Source: Octopus sinensis (lineage: Eukaryota). From it: a stretch of DNA of 64,000 bases. Positions 11,438 to 22,524 of the stretch are shown here, one piece after another. The position numbers and the translations under genes are program-made. Within the stretch, counting starts at the first letter, position 1, and each line of letters starts with the position of its first letter. The DNA is taken from assembly GCF_006345805.1 (NCBI RefSeq), contig NC_043016.1, forward strand, positions 7,874,001 to 7,938,000, given 5' to 3'. The notes below the pieces were generated by a model, which was given only the letters and a program-made list of their open reading frames with translations, was not told where the DNA came from and did not search any database.

Positions 11438-11520
11438 CTTTCCTGATGAGAAGATTGCATTTTACACCGTTTATTCCTTTAGAATATAACCAATGTTGTC
11501 TTCGAAACATATGTCGAAAG
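11438..11520 (+). ncRNA. Type I hammerhead ribozyme, canonical core
   Basis: ctttc-CTGATGA-gaaga..tcttc-GAAAC-atat-GTC^gaaag; palindromic ACATATGT stem III. Confidence 0.8.
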
Positions 11521-12195
11521 TAAAAGAATTTGAATAGCATCTGCGTTCAACTCCATTTATTTACTTATACTACACAAAATACTGCACATTAACCTGGAGT
11601 TTCTACCTTTGAATACGTTGCTACATCCTTGTTACTTGCATGAATTTTGCTACCCTGGTAACTGTTTATTGAATTTTCCATGTTAAAGGTAAGCAAAGGA
11701 TAATTCATTCATCCATTTATATATATATATAAATATATATATACAAATGCATACATACACACACACATGTGTGCATGCACACACACACTCATGGAGCTAT
11801 TAATGATGGGTTCTTCAGCAGCACCTGTCTAGTATTCCTGGGTTTACATTTTGAAAATTGTTTATGATCTGTGTGTTTGTTTATTTTTTTATCCATGCCT
11901 TAAATAAATAAATAAATTCTTGGAAATAACTAACAAATTCAATGATAAAACACCACATATATTTGTATATTTCTCTCTCTCACTCTCTCACTCACTCTCT
12001 CTCTCTCTCCCTCTGTTTCTAACTTTTGGATATAAAACACGAAGAGTGGGTATGAAAGAGAGAGAGGGAGGGAGGTCAAGAGTGTTGAGGGAAAGTAAGA
12101 GATAGGAGATGAAGAAAGTAGCAGAAATAGACAATAAGGATTAGATGAAGTGAGAAACAGATTAAGCTTGAGAGGTAATTTAAGTGTGTAAGAGA

Positions 12196-12252
<57 letters not shown>

Positions 12253-12826
12253 GGAGTAGAAAGTTATATGTGGAGGGAGAAAGAAATAGGGGTTGGGGAA
12301 AGAAGTAGGCATAGAACTATTTTCTATGTCTTTTTGAAGTGTGTGTATTGGTAAATTAAATAATTGCATGATGGGTTGATGGTCTCTTATGTTCCAGTAT
12401 CACTTTGGATAAGGTCTTCAAAGGGAATCACTTCCATGCAGAGCCAAATAACCGTTTTTCACATGCAAGCATTTGAAGGACACTCGTTTTTTTTTTTTAA
12501 AAACAATAAAATAAAATGAAGAGTCTTTTACAAAAATATCAGTTCCATAGGCCATCTCTTTTATCATGGCATGGATTCACTTGACGTGTGTGTGTGTGTG
12601 TGTGTGTTAGTCTTAGTTTCTTCTACTACTGCCACTCCCTATGGAACATCTGTCAATGAGAGATCTCCACTAAGCATGGTTGCAAGGTTTGTCATGAACT
12701 GACTCCCAGGTTAGACAAATATCTGCCTGATCCTCCACTACAGATCTCAGTCAGATTATAACAAGTCGCCATGATAGATCCTTAGCCACTACACACATTT
12801 TTTTCTCTCCTTGATTTTTCCGTATC

Positions 12827-12864
12827 TCTTTCTGTAGAAGAGCGTAGGCTCGAAATGTAAAAGA
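12827..12864 (+). ncRNA. Hammerhead-like motif, A6U core change
   Basis: tcttt-CTGTAGA-a-gagc(gtag)gctc-GAAAT-GTA^aaaga. Confidence 0.45.
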
Positions 12865-12964
12865 CTTTTTCTATTCCTGAACGTTATACTTATACTAATA
12901 CATCTGTTTGTTTTGTACACTACCTGTCTTCGTCTTTTGTTTTTTCGTAAACTCCCCCTAACAA

Positions 12965-13380
12965 CAAGTCTACCTCATCTCAAACACCACCCATTTTTTG
13001 AGTTCCACTCACAAGATGCAGCTCTCACTAGTCTCTTCTTGTGCATGTTTATCACACGGCTGAGCAGTTCCAAGCATCTCACAGTGACAGTATTATAGGT
13101 TATTCAACCTGGCACTTTCCACAACATCATTCTTGACATGGTCACACCAGAACAAAAAAATTCTTAGTACGGCCCTAAGGCAACACCTTGTGGAAGGCAT
13201 CTACAATTTTACAGATCGAATTGGTCTCAGAAGTATTAATTGCCATCAGCAAGGTAATTGATGTATGCAAGGAAAGTTTGAAACCTTGGTTGATATAAAT
13301 ATATCATACTACACTAGGTCCTTTGTTCCTAGTGACCCTGCCATTCTGTGTTGATGCTTATCATGTATAGTGACTCATGT
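12965..13380 (-). pseudogene. Decayed CR1/L2-type RT fragment
   Basis: LPQGVALGP (PQGSVLGP-like) and nearby degenerate RT motifs; many stops. Confidence 0.4.
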
Positions 13381-13789
13381 AGGAGTGGTTCCAGTTTTTT
13401 AAATATCATAACCTTGGTACATTTGTGTATCATTTACTCTTTATGATAATGAGTTATGAAAGGAAAGCTCTAGGTAAAAGGAGAAAATAATATGAGCATT
13501 CATTCAAAGAGGAATAGCTGCAAAATCCTGAATTTAAGGACTGGCAATCAGTGAGATAAACATGATAAAGTTAGCTACTGTAAATGCTGAAATACTGTAA
13601 ACTCTGAGAAATACAAATAAATCTATGCTAATGAAACAATAAACTTTTGTTGAACATTTGGTAAACTCAAGAATTGCTTTGATGTAGTTTAATCTACCAT
13701 TGATTTTTTTTTTTTTTTTGCTCAAGACGGGAAAAAGTCAATGAAGAGAACCCCAAAAAAAGGACTGCCTTTTGCTGGCTATTATGTTG

Positions 13790-13990
13790 GGCAGAAACGT
13801 TGGAATGCTGGGCGAAATGCCTAGCAGTATTTTGTCTTTCTTTACATTCTGAGTTTGAATTCTGCTGAGGTCGACTTTGCCTTTCATCCTTTCAGGGTCA
13901 ATAAATTATGTACCAGTAGTGTACTGGGTTCGATCTAATCGACAGGCCCTCTCCCCCAAAATTTTGGGTCTTGGGCCTACAGTAGAAAAG
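13790..13990 (+). mobile_element. SINE family B, tail variant B2, with TSD ATTATGTTG
   Basis: TSD at 13781-13789 and 13991-13999; tail CCTACAGTAGAAAAG. Confidence 0.8.
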
Positions 13991-13996
13991 ATTATG

Positions 13997-14400
13997 TTGA
14001 ACATAATATTCCCTTTGCAAATATTGATCAACTTCTGACTATGTAGAGAAGAACATTTCCAGAAAGTAAGATTACCGAAAAATTATCAATGAAAAGAAAA
14101 AAACTTTAGTATGTCATTCAGGATGGAATATCTTTTCTCTGAGACGCAAGAGTTTTCTAATCATAATGCATGAAAATACAGATATTTTAGGCACCCAAAT
14201 TTTGTTGAATAAACATATCAAGACACATTATAAGGTACCACAATTGAAATTGAAATGGCTCTCTTTACAATGCTGTCAGATCTACCTTAAACAAAAGAAA
14301 TATTCTTCTTGGAAATATTATTGAATTTGAAAGCAATAATTTTTCTGTGATAAGTACCAAAATTAGGTTCCTGAAATTATTGAATAACAATGGATCTTCT
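13997..14400 (+). pseudogene. Decayed hAT-like transposase fragment
   Basis: EHNIPFANIDQLL..FPESKITEKLSMKRKK resembles the EHNLPF..FPDS.IA..RTK motif. Confidence 0.35.
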
Positions 14401-14417
14401 GTTTGTATAACAAGTTA

Positions 14418-14842
14418 CAAAGGGCTGCAGAAAAGTTCCTGGCTTTAACCCTTTAGTGTTAGCATTATTCTACCAAAATTAGTCCTTTTTTATCCAAATT
14501 GTTTTGAACTAATCATGCATCATCTTGTAGCTATGAGATTTTGATGAGGTAGCTGTTAATTTTTAAAACGATATTGTAGGGCCAGATCTGGCCAGTTTGA
14601 ACATAAAACAGGCAGAACACTTTTGGCCGGATATGGCCGGTTTAAATGCTAAAGGGTTAAGGGTATTTTGAAGGGTCTAGTTGGAGGCCCAACCTTTTGT
14701 GTTCTTTTACAGAGCTAGAAAGACTGAAGAACTGCTGCAATAAGTGTGAGAATCTGAAAGAAGATTGCGTTGGATAAAATCATAATTAACTGATTCTCCT
14801 GTATTTTCTTTTACCCAAAGCCAGGAAATTTTCAGCACCCCC
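14418..14842 (+). mobile_element. Mariner-derived non-autonomous element
   Basis: TIRs agggctgcagaaaagttcctggctt / aagccaggaaattttcagcacccc; CNKCENLKEDCV C-terminal remnant. Confidence 0.65.
14445..14660. mobile_element. piggyBac-like MITE nested in the mariner element
   Basis: TTAACCCTTTAG ... CTAAAGGGTTAA. Confidence 0.85.
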
Positions 14843-14989
14843 TTGAATATGCCATACTTTAAAAACATCTTACTTTTCTTTTTAGAAGTAAGAAACAAGG
14901 AGCCTTCACATTTATTTTAGAAATCATTGTGACAATTTGCTACAAAATATCTGAATTTATACAAACAAGGGAGCTTTCTCATAAAACTG

Positions 14990-15212
14990 TTTTTGGTTCC
15001 AAATTTTGGCACAAGGCCAGCAATTTCAGAGGTGGGTGATGTAAGTTGATTACATTAACCCCCAGTGTTTAACAAGTACTTATTTTATCAATCCTGAAGG
15101 GATGAAAGCAAAATCAGCCTCAGCAGAATTTGAACTCAGAATGTAGAGACAGACGAAATACCGCTAGGTATTGTTCCCAGCATTCTAATAATAATAATTC
15201 TGTCAGCTCATC
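14990..15212 (-). mobile_element. SINE family B2
   Basis: Reverse-complement B-box GAATTTGAACTC and central domain. Confidence 0.7.
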
Positions 15213-15360
15213 ATCTTTCATGAAACAGTTATTACAATGGTACTAGAATAATTTAGTGCTTTATTTCTTCAATTTCGAAGTAAATTCCAAAGTGAAATTT
15301 ATTTCCAAAGTTGATGGTGACAGAAGAGATAAGGTATTGTTAAAAAAAAAAAAAAATGTT

Positions 15361-15605
15361 CCTTCTCGAGCCATGCCAGGCTCATAAGGGCTGGCTTCCC
15401 GGTTTCAGGGGTGTAGAAATTCCCCACCTGGACGGGACGCCAGTCCGTCACAGGAGTACTCATTTTTGTCAGCTGAGTGGACTGGAGCAACGTGAAAATG
15501 AAGTGTTTTGCTCAAGGGCACAATGCATCGCCCTGTCCAGGAATCGAAACCACAACCTTACAATCATGAGTTCAACACCCTAACCACTAAGACACACACC
15601 TCCAC
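15361..15605 (-). mobile_element. tRNA-derived SINE family G
   Basis: Reverse-complement head TTAGTGGTTAGGG..GGTTTCGATTCC; related to 37490-37989. Confidence 0.8.
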
Positions 15606-15826
15606 AGATAAGGTATTGAGCAATCAGAGATCCAAGTACATGCTATTTGTCCTTCACTGTTTGTTGGTGAGTGTCGAATTCCAATCTGAACATTTCAGAT
15701 TACATCTGTTTTTAACATCATCGCAACACGAGAACCTCTTGGGTTTCTTTATTAAAGATAAACAACCAAAGAAAATTAAATTATCAGAAACTGATTTTAG
15801 GCATTTTCAGTAATTTACAAAAGCAA

Positions 15827-16940
15827 TTAACCCTTTAGCATTTAAAGCAGCCACGTGCAGTCTAAAATATTCTACCTGTTTTATATTCAAACTGACCAGA
15901 TCTAGCCTCTCACACCTACCCTACAATGACATTCTAAACATAAATAATCACATCATTGAAATCTGAAAGCTACAAGATTGTGCCTGACTAATTCAAAATA
16001 ATCTTTTCTACTCTAGGCTAGGCACAAGGCCTGAAATTTTGGGGAAGTGGGGGTGGGGGTGGGGCAGTCGATTAGATCGACCACAGTATGCAACTGGTAC
16101 TTAATTTATTGACCCCTGAAAAGATGAAAGACAAAATCGACCTCGGTGGAATTTGAACTCAGAATGTAAAGACAGGTGAAATACTGCTAAGCATTTCACC
16201 CAGCATGCTAACGTTTCTGTCAGCTTGCCACTTTAAAATATTCTTTTCTACTCTAGGCACAAGGCCCGAAATTTTTGGGGAGGAGGCTAGTCGATTAGAT
16301 CTATCACAGTACACAACTGGTACTTGATTTATCAACCCTGAAAGAATGAAAGGCAAAGTCGACCTCAGCGGAATTTGAACTCAGAATGTAAGGACACACG
16401 AAATACTGCTAGGCATTTCACCCAGTGTGCTAATGTTTCTTATTTCTTTATTGCCCACAAGGGGCTAAACATAGAGGGAACAAACAAGGACTGACAAAGG
16501 GATTAAGTCGATTATATCGACCCCAGTGCATAACTGGTGCTTAATTTATCCACCCCGAAAGGATGAAAGCCAAAGTCGACCTTGGCGGAACTTGAACTCA
16601 GAATGTAACGACAGATGAAATACCACTAAGCATTTCAGCTGGCATGCTAACGTTTCTGCCAGCTTGCCACCTTGGTGGTTGTAAAATATTCTTTTCTACT
16701 CTAGGCACAAGGTCCAAAATTTTGGGGAAGTGTGTGTGTGGGGGAATTGATTAGATCTACCCCAGTACGCAACCGGTACTTAATTTATCGACCCGGAAAG
16801 GATGAAAGGCAAAGTCGACAGACAAACAAAATATTGCTATGCAGTTCACCTGGTGTGCTAACGTTTCTGCCAGTCTGCCACCTTACTAATTCAAAATAAA
16901 CATTGCATTTGACAGAAAAATCTGATTGCTTAAGAGTTGA
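15827..16940. mobile_element. piggyBac-like MITE carrying a four-SINE insertion
   Basis: Left TTAACCCTTTAGCATT; MITE sequence resumes at 16885. Confidence 0.75.
16002..16884 (-). mobile_element. Four same-orientation family B SINEs inside one 15 bp TSD
   Basis: ACTAATTCAAAATAA at 15987-16001 and 16885-16899; tails B2, B2, B1, B2. Confidence 0.85.
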
Positions 16941-16953
16941 TGATGTTTGCCTT

Positions 16954-17500
16954 TCATCATCATTGTTCGACCGTGGTCGAGACAATGGAATTTACTATGT
17001 TACGCCAGACTTCACGGTCCATCATAGCATTACGGAGGTCCTGTTGCTGGATGCCTGTATCCCTGGAGATTACATCAGGGCAGGAGAGTGTGTGCCCTCT
17101 GGTATCGCGAGCAGATGGCTTCCAGAGGAGAAGAGTAGAAATTACCTCGTTTTCAGCTCTACAACAATGTCCAGCATACTGGACTCTTCTACCTTTCAAA
17201 AGAGATGATACAGGTGGTAATTTCCCATATATTTGTACTTTGGTTGGATGACGCTTCCACGAGAGATTCTGAGCTCACATAAGGAGAGCTACACCAGGGT
17301 TCCTCTTCCCCAGGAATATCCTCGTTTCCAGCTCTACAACAAAGTCCATCAAACTGGACTCTCCTACCTTTCACAAGAGATGACACAGGTGGTAGCTTCC
17401 CATATATTTGCATTTTGGTTGGATGACGCTTCCACGAGAGATTCTGAGCTCTCATAAGGAGGCGAGTGTAAGTTCCATCCAACCGCCTCTCAAGCTTTTT
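16954..17500 (-). mobile_element. RTE-type LINE 3' fragment with an internal ~175 bp diverged duplication
   Basis: LDGTYTRLLMRAQNLSWKRH..RRVQYAGHCCR..DREVWR; (TGA)n tail. Confidence 0.8.
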
Positions 17501-17853
17501 TAAATAAAGGCAACAATACCTTAGTGAGCCTTTTGATGATGAGCTCAATTTTTGAACATTTACTGCTGTTTGAAATCTTACAAGGAATTTTGCATCTAAA
17601 TAAGGAAACACCTGTTTTTTTTTTTTTTTCAGTGTAGATATAATTAATGTTAAATTAAAGATATTCAACTCTGAAGTGGATTGTGATCTAAGTACATCTC
17701 TTTTCTGATATCCCTCTAGTGCTGCAGTTTTCATCTGTTATGGCAGAAAGTTTTCTAAAATAACTTCATGATCAGCAAAAAAGTTTTTGTTTGACACAAG
17801 ATAATTTCTTTATCGCTATAGAAAATATTCCTAAATATCAATATGATCTAAAA

Positions 17854-18270
17854 GGATGGCAAGCTGGCAGAATCGTTAGCACGCCGGGCAAAATGTTTAA
17901 CAGTATTTCATCTGCTGTTACGTTCTGAGTTCAAATTCCTCCAAGGTCGATTTTGCTCTTCATCCTTTCAGGGTTGATTAAATAAATACCAGTTACGCAC
18001 TGGGGTTGATATAATTGACTTAATCCCTTTGTCTGTCCTTGTTTGTCCTCTCTGTATTTAGCCCCTTGTGGGTAATAAAGAAACAGGTATTTCATCTGTC
18101 GTTACGTTCTGAGTTCAAATTCCTCCCAGGTTGATTTTGCTTTTCATCCTTTCAGGGTTGATTAAATAAGTACCAGTTATGCACTGGGGTTGATATAATT
18201 GACTTGATCCATTTGTCTGTCCTTATTTGTCTCCTCTATGTTTAGCCCCCTGTGAGCAATAAAAAAAAAT
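17854..18270 (+). mobile_element. Head-to-tail pair of family B SINEs
   Basis: Two successive GAGTTCAAATTCC heads and B1 tails. Confidence 0.85.
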
Positions 18271-18337
18271 AAAGAAAAAAATATGATTTATAAGACATAA
18301 GGCACAGACTTCCCGATTTAAAACATTTTTTTTTTAC

Positions 18338-18730
18338 GGTAGTGAGAAGTTTGCATTCCAGTCACATGGTTCCAGATTCAGTACCATTGGAAAGCACTCT
18401 GGACAAGTGTCTTCTACTGTAGTCCTAGACCAACCAAAGCCTTATGAATGGATTTGATAGATGGAAACTGAATGAAGCCCATTATGTTTGTTTGTCTATG
18501 CGTGTGTTACTTTCTCCTTCCCTTGACATTGTTTGAAAGGTTGTCAACAAGTGCCACTATCATGCAAGCATTTTCTTTCATTTGCAATCTTCCATGAAAA
18601 TATGTCTGGCCATGAGGAATTATTACCCATCTTGCAATCAGGCGATGATTGGCAACAACAGGGTCTGATGAAAGTCTGCCTCAACAAATTCCATCTGACT
18701 GATGCAAGCATGGAAAAGTAAATGCTAAAT
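18338..18730 (+). mobile_element. SINE family A variant with an RTE-like tail
   Basis: Degenerate A head plus GCATGGAAAAGTAAATGCTAAAT tail. Confidence 0.55.
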
Positions 18731-18769
18731 GGGGTTGATATAATTGACTTAATCCCTTTGTCTGTCCTT

Positions 18770-18992
18770 GTTAGTTAGTTAGTTAGTTAGTTAATTTGGC
18801 TCAAAAGCAAATAGCAAGGCCATGTAGGGGGACATGGAGTTAAGTACAGGGTGGTGTTCATGTAAAGAGTTCAGGCCACTGGAGGTCCAGGGAGGCTTTG
18901 AACAAAGCGGTCGTCGGCATCTTCACCATCTCGTCTGGCAGCTTGTTCCACGGATCCGCAACCCGGACGGAGAAAGCTCCTCTCCTTCGATT
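18770..18992 (-). mobile_element. CR1-clade LINE 3' end with (CTAA)n tail
   Basis: NRRRGAFSVRVADPWNKLPDEMVKMPTTALFKASLD matches the CR1/L2 C-terminal motif. Confidence 0.8.
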
Positions 18993-19757
18993 AAGATAAT
19001 ATGTATATGAATAAAGAAAAAAATGCTAAATTATGATGATGTTGATCTTCATCATAACGATGATGATTTTCTATCTGATTTTTAAAGACTAATTTGAATA
19101 TCATACCACATTTGTCAGCATGTGTCGGCAGAATATTATTCTCTCTAAAGAACTGTATCAAAACAAATAAAAACTAATTCTTTAAAAGCAGTGACTGAAA
19201 AGATAGATCACTTCCAATGCAATGTGTTACAAGAAATGATATTGAATACCTGCAAAAGAATTAATCAAGGACTTGAGAAAATATGCTCTATGCAAACAAT
19301 ACTTGGAAAGAATTTAATAAAAAAAAAAGGAAAGAAGAAAAATACAGGCAAGAAATAATGAATCAGTTATTCTTTCAAGAGGAATTGAAGACAAAAAGGA
19401 ATGATTACTGTGTTCTACAGATAAAATTAAGTAAATAACTGCTGTAGTTCTATTTAGATACAATATTTTTATAAGCTAGGCTGGTTTTTTTTTTTTTTTT
19501 TTCCTAGTTTTGAGTCAGTATTTCATTTTCTAAGCCTGGTCTAAGGTTTTCCTGAAAATTTCATTGGTAACCCTCAAACATATGCACTCATATAGTGTGT
19601 GAGAGAGAGAGAGGGAGGGAGACAGACAGACAGACAGATAGAGAGAGACATACACACGCATGCACACATACACACACACACAGAGACAAACACACACACA
19701 CAGAAGCTCACACTCATGCATCTGTGTATGTGTGTGTGTTTATGTGTGTGTGTAGGT

Positions 19758-20140
19758 GTGTTAGAGTGTACCACCAAATAATATGTACATGAATGTGCTT
19801 GTATGCACGTGTGTGTGTATGTGTGTGTATGTGTGTGTATGTGTGTGTGTATGTGTGTGTGTGTATATGTGTGTGTGTGTATGTGTGTGTATGTGTGTTA
19901 GAATGTACCACCAAATAATATGTATATGAATGTGCTTGTATGCAAGTGTGTGAGTGTGTGCGTATGTGTGTGTGTATGTGTGTGTATGTGTGTGTGTATG
20001 TGTGTTAGAGTGTACCACCAAATAATATGTATATGAATGTGCTTGTATGCATGTGTGTGTGTGTATGTGTATATGTGTGTGTGTATGTGTGTTAGAGTGT
20101 ACCACCAAATAATATGTATATGAATGTGCTTGTATGCAAG
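19758..20140. repeat. Minisatellite: ~45 bp core x4 separated by variable (GT/ATGT)n
   Basis: TTAGAGTGTACCACCAAATAATATGTA..GCTTGTATGC at 19761, 19898, 20005 and 20092. Confidence 0.9.
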
Positions 20141-20544
20141 TGTGTGTGTGTATGTGTGTGTGTATGTGTGTGTGCACCTGTGTCTGTGAATTTACATCTT
20201 CTGAATCCATTTATTTGGATATACATTATTTATGCCTGTATGGAATGTTTGTATGTTGATGCTGTTATTATTTCTGTTATTATCTAGTATTCTGCAGACT
20301 AGCTTATCCCAAGGTTGATGCCTGGTTTCAGATTAATAACAACAGCAACAACAACAATAGTAACAAGAGCACTCAGAGAGTGCAAATCTCTGTCTAGGCA
20401 ACACCAATGTCCTCTCAACGATTAACCAGAGATTATTTTTAAAATAAGTAAAAAAACAAGTAAAATAATCCAGAATCCTTGACCGGTACCAGGTCAATCC
20501 CTGTGGTAGTCATGGAAATGTAAAGGTGGGTGTGTGGGCCATGT

Positions 20545-20705
20545 TTGTAATGCTGTGTGTGTGTGTGTCGTCTGCAGTGGGAACAGGGACAGTTTTCTCT
20601 ATGAAGGCCTTTTTTAGTCTATCCACTGATATAGTGTCTTTACGACCGTTAAGGTTTATAGTGAAAAATTTATCTGTGCGTGAAAGAAAATGGAAAGGAC
20701 TTGCA
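20545..20705 (-). pseudogene. Gypsy integrase GPY/F C-terminal fragment
   Basis: SPFHFLSRTDKFFTINLNGRKDTISVDRLKKAF. Confidence 0.6.
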
Positions 20706-20711
20706 CACAAT

Positions 20712-21732
20712 GCTGTTAACAGATTTTTAAATGGGTTCATGTCAGGAGATTGGCTTGGCTAAGGAAGCTTTTTGATCCCATTTTCAGTCAGCCATTGTTG
20801 ATTCCTTTTCGTTGTATGGCATGGAACCCCATCTTCCATGAATACAAACTCATTTTTCGTTATGTTATCATGTGAATACATCGGAAGTAGTCCTTGCTTA
20901 AATATTTCAATGTATTTTTCAGAGTTTATGTTTCCAACAGATTCAATCAGCTCAGAACAACCATTGCAGGTGACAGCTCCCCATACCTTTATCGCGATAC
21001 CACCATGTTTCACAGTTGGTTGGAGTCGCTTCAAATCAAATTCTTGATTGGAAAGCCTCCAGACCCAAACACATCCACTGTCTGAAAATAATACAAATCT
21101 GGATTCATCTGAGAAAATCACTCTGTCCCAAAATGAACTGGATTTTTCTGACATCTCCTTAGCCCATTTCTTTCTTTCCATGATATTAATTGGTTGAAGG
21201 AGAGGTTTTCTTCCAGCTGATCGTCCATAATACCCAAGCTTATGCAGATATGTAACACACATTCTTGGACTAACTTCTAGCTGTTTTGCAATGTCAGAAG
21301 CCTTCAAACGGGGGTTCATTTTCCACAATTCTCTTCAAACAGCAAAGCTTCCTTTCCAAGGGTCCAGGTCGGTCGGGATGAGAATCTGTTGATTCTTTAC
21401 CTTGGCTTTTGAATTGCACTATAATTCTATTAACAGTAGCAAGAGGAATTTGAAGAATTATGGAAATTTTTCTCTCTAAAGAACTGTATCAAAACAAACA
21501 AAACTAATTCTTTAAAAGCCTCAGATTGCCCAACAATACAACCACTTTGAAAGTCTGACAGTTCTGCTGAATTTTTTGTGTGTGGCATGGTTACTCTTCA
21601 CAAATGTTTAATATAGTGGTGCCTGGAATAGAAAAGAATAATTACATTGTAAATTCTACACTGATGAATAGATATTAAGATGCTTAGATCAGAAATTTTG
21701 AATTCAAGGTGTCTATTTACTTCCTGCACGTC

Positions 21733-21738
<6 letters not shown>
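20712..21738 (-). mobile_element. Tc1-family transposon, 3'-truncated, decayed
   Basis: FSDESRF..PTVKHGG..MEDGVPCH..*PSQSPDMNPF; HTH N-terminus MPHTKNSAELSDFQ; Tc1-like terminal sequence before (TA)n. Confidence 0.9.
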
Positions 21739-21773
<35 letters not shown>

Positions 21774-21789
21774 CATATATATATATATA

Positions 21790-22200
21790 TATCATCATCA
21801 TCATCGTTTAACGTCCGTTTTCTGTGCTAGCACGGGTTGGACTGTTCAACCGGGGTCTGGGAAGCCAGGAGGCTGCACCAGACTCCAGTCTGATCTGGCA
21901 GTGTTTCTACAGCTGGATGCCCTTTCTAACGCCAACCACTCCGTGGGTGTTGTGGGTGCTTTTTACGTGCCCCTGGCACCTGTGCCAGGGGAGTCTGGCA
22001 GCGGTCACAATCAGTTGGTGCTTTTTACATGCCACTGGCACGGAAGCCAGTCAAGGCGGCGCTGGCATCGGCCACGTTTGGATGGTGCTTTTTACGTGCC
22101 ACTGGCACAGGTATCACAACTACTATTTCCATTGATATTTATTTCGATTTTCATGTACTTGACTCAATAGGTCTCCTCAAGCACAGCAGGTTGTTCTGAA
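21790..22200 (-). mobile_element. Family C with tandem units
   Basis: Reverse-complement tail and GTGCC..GGCAC units; upstream GCTGTGCTTGAGGAGACC. Confidence 0.8.
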
Positions 22201-22437
22201 ATCCAAGTATATAAATATTAAAATTTTTAAGTCTCTCTAAAGGAGACTATGGCAACGGTACTGGAAATTAACAGTTTTCATCAACCTCATATGGCAGTCC
22301 ATAAATATAAGACTAAAGCTTCCGTTGATTAGCTCCAAGAGGCCATCGTCTCTGGCTAGCTATATGACATGCGAACCTGTGTCCATTATAACTTTCGAAC
22401 AGGGGAGGTCAGCCACTTCCCCTTGCTGGTCAGGCAT

Positions 22438-22478
22438 CTGCAGACATGTTTCAGGGTATTTATCCTTTATCAATGCAG
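22438..22478 (-). ncRNA. Minimal hammerhead, U3-A8 variant
   Basis: Minus strand: ctgca-TTGATAA-agg(ataaatac)cct-GAAAC-at-GTC^tgcag; palindrome ACATGT. Confidence 0.75.
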
Positions 22479-22524
22479 AGTAGCCAAACCCAGCAGGCAT
22501 CAGTGCTCACTGTGTATATAATAT

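Larger units (their letters stand above)
10745..11575 (+). mobile_element. 5'-truncated Penelope-like element (GIY-YIG + 3' terminal region)
   Basis: GIY-YIG ORF plus a 3' region alignable by eye to the reverse complement of 60000-60130. Confidence 0.8.

Noticed and set aside
17632-17690. Poly-T acceptor and a short open frame
   Set aside because: Weak donor, no recognisable protein.
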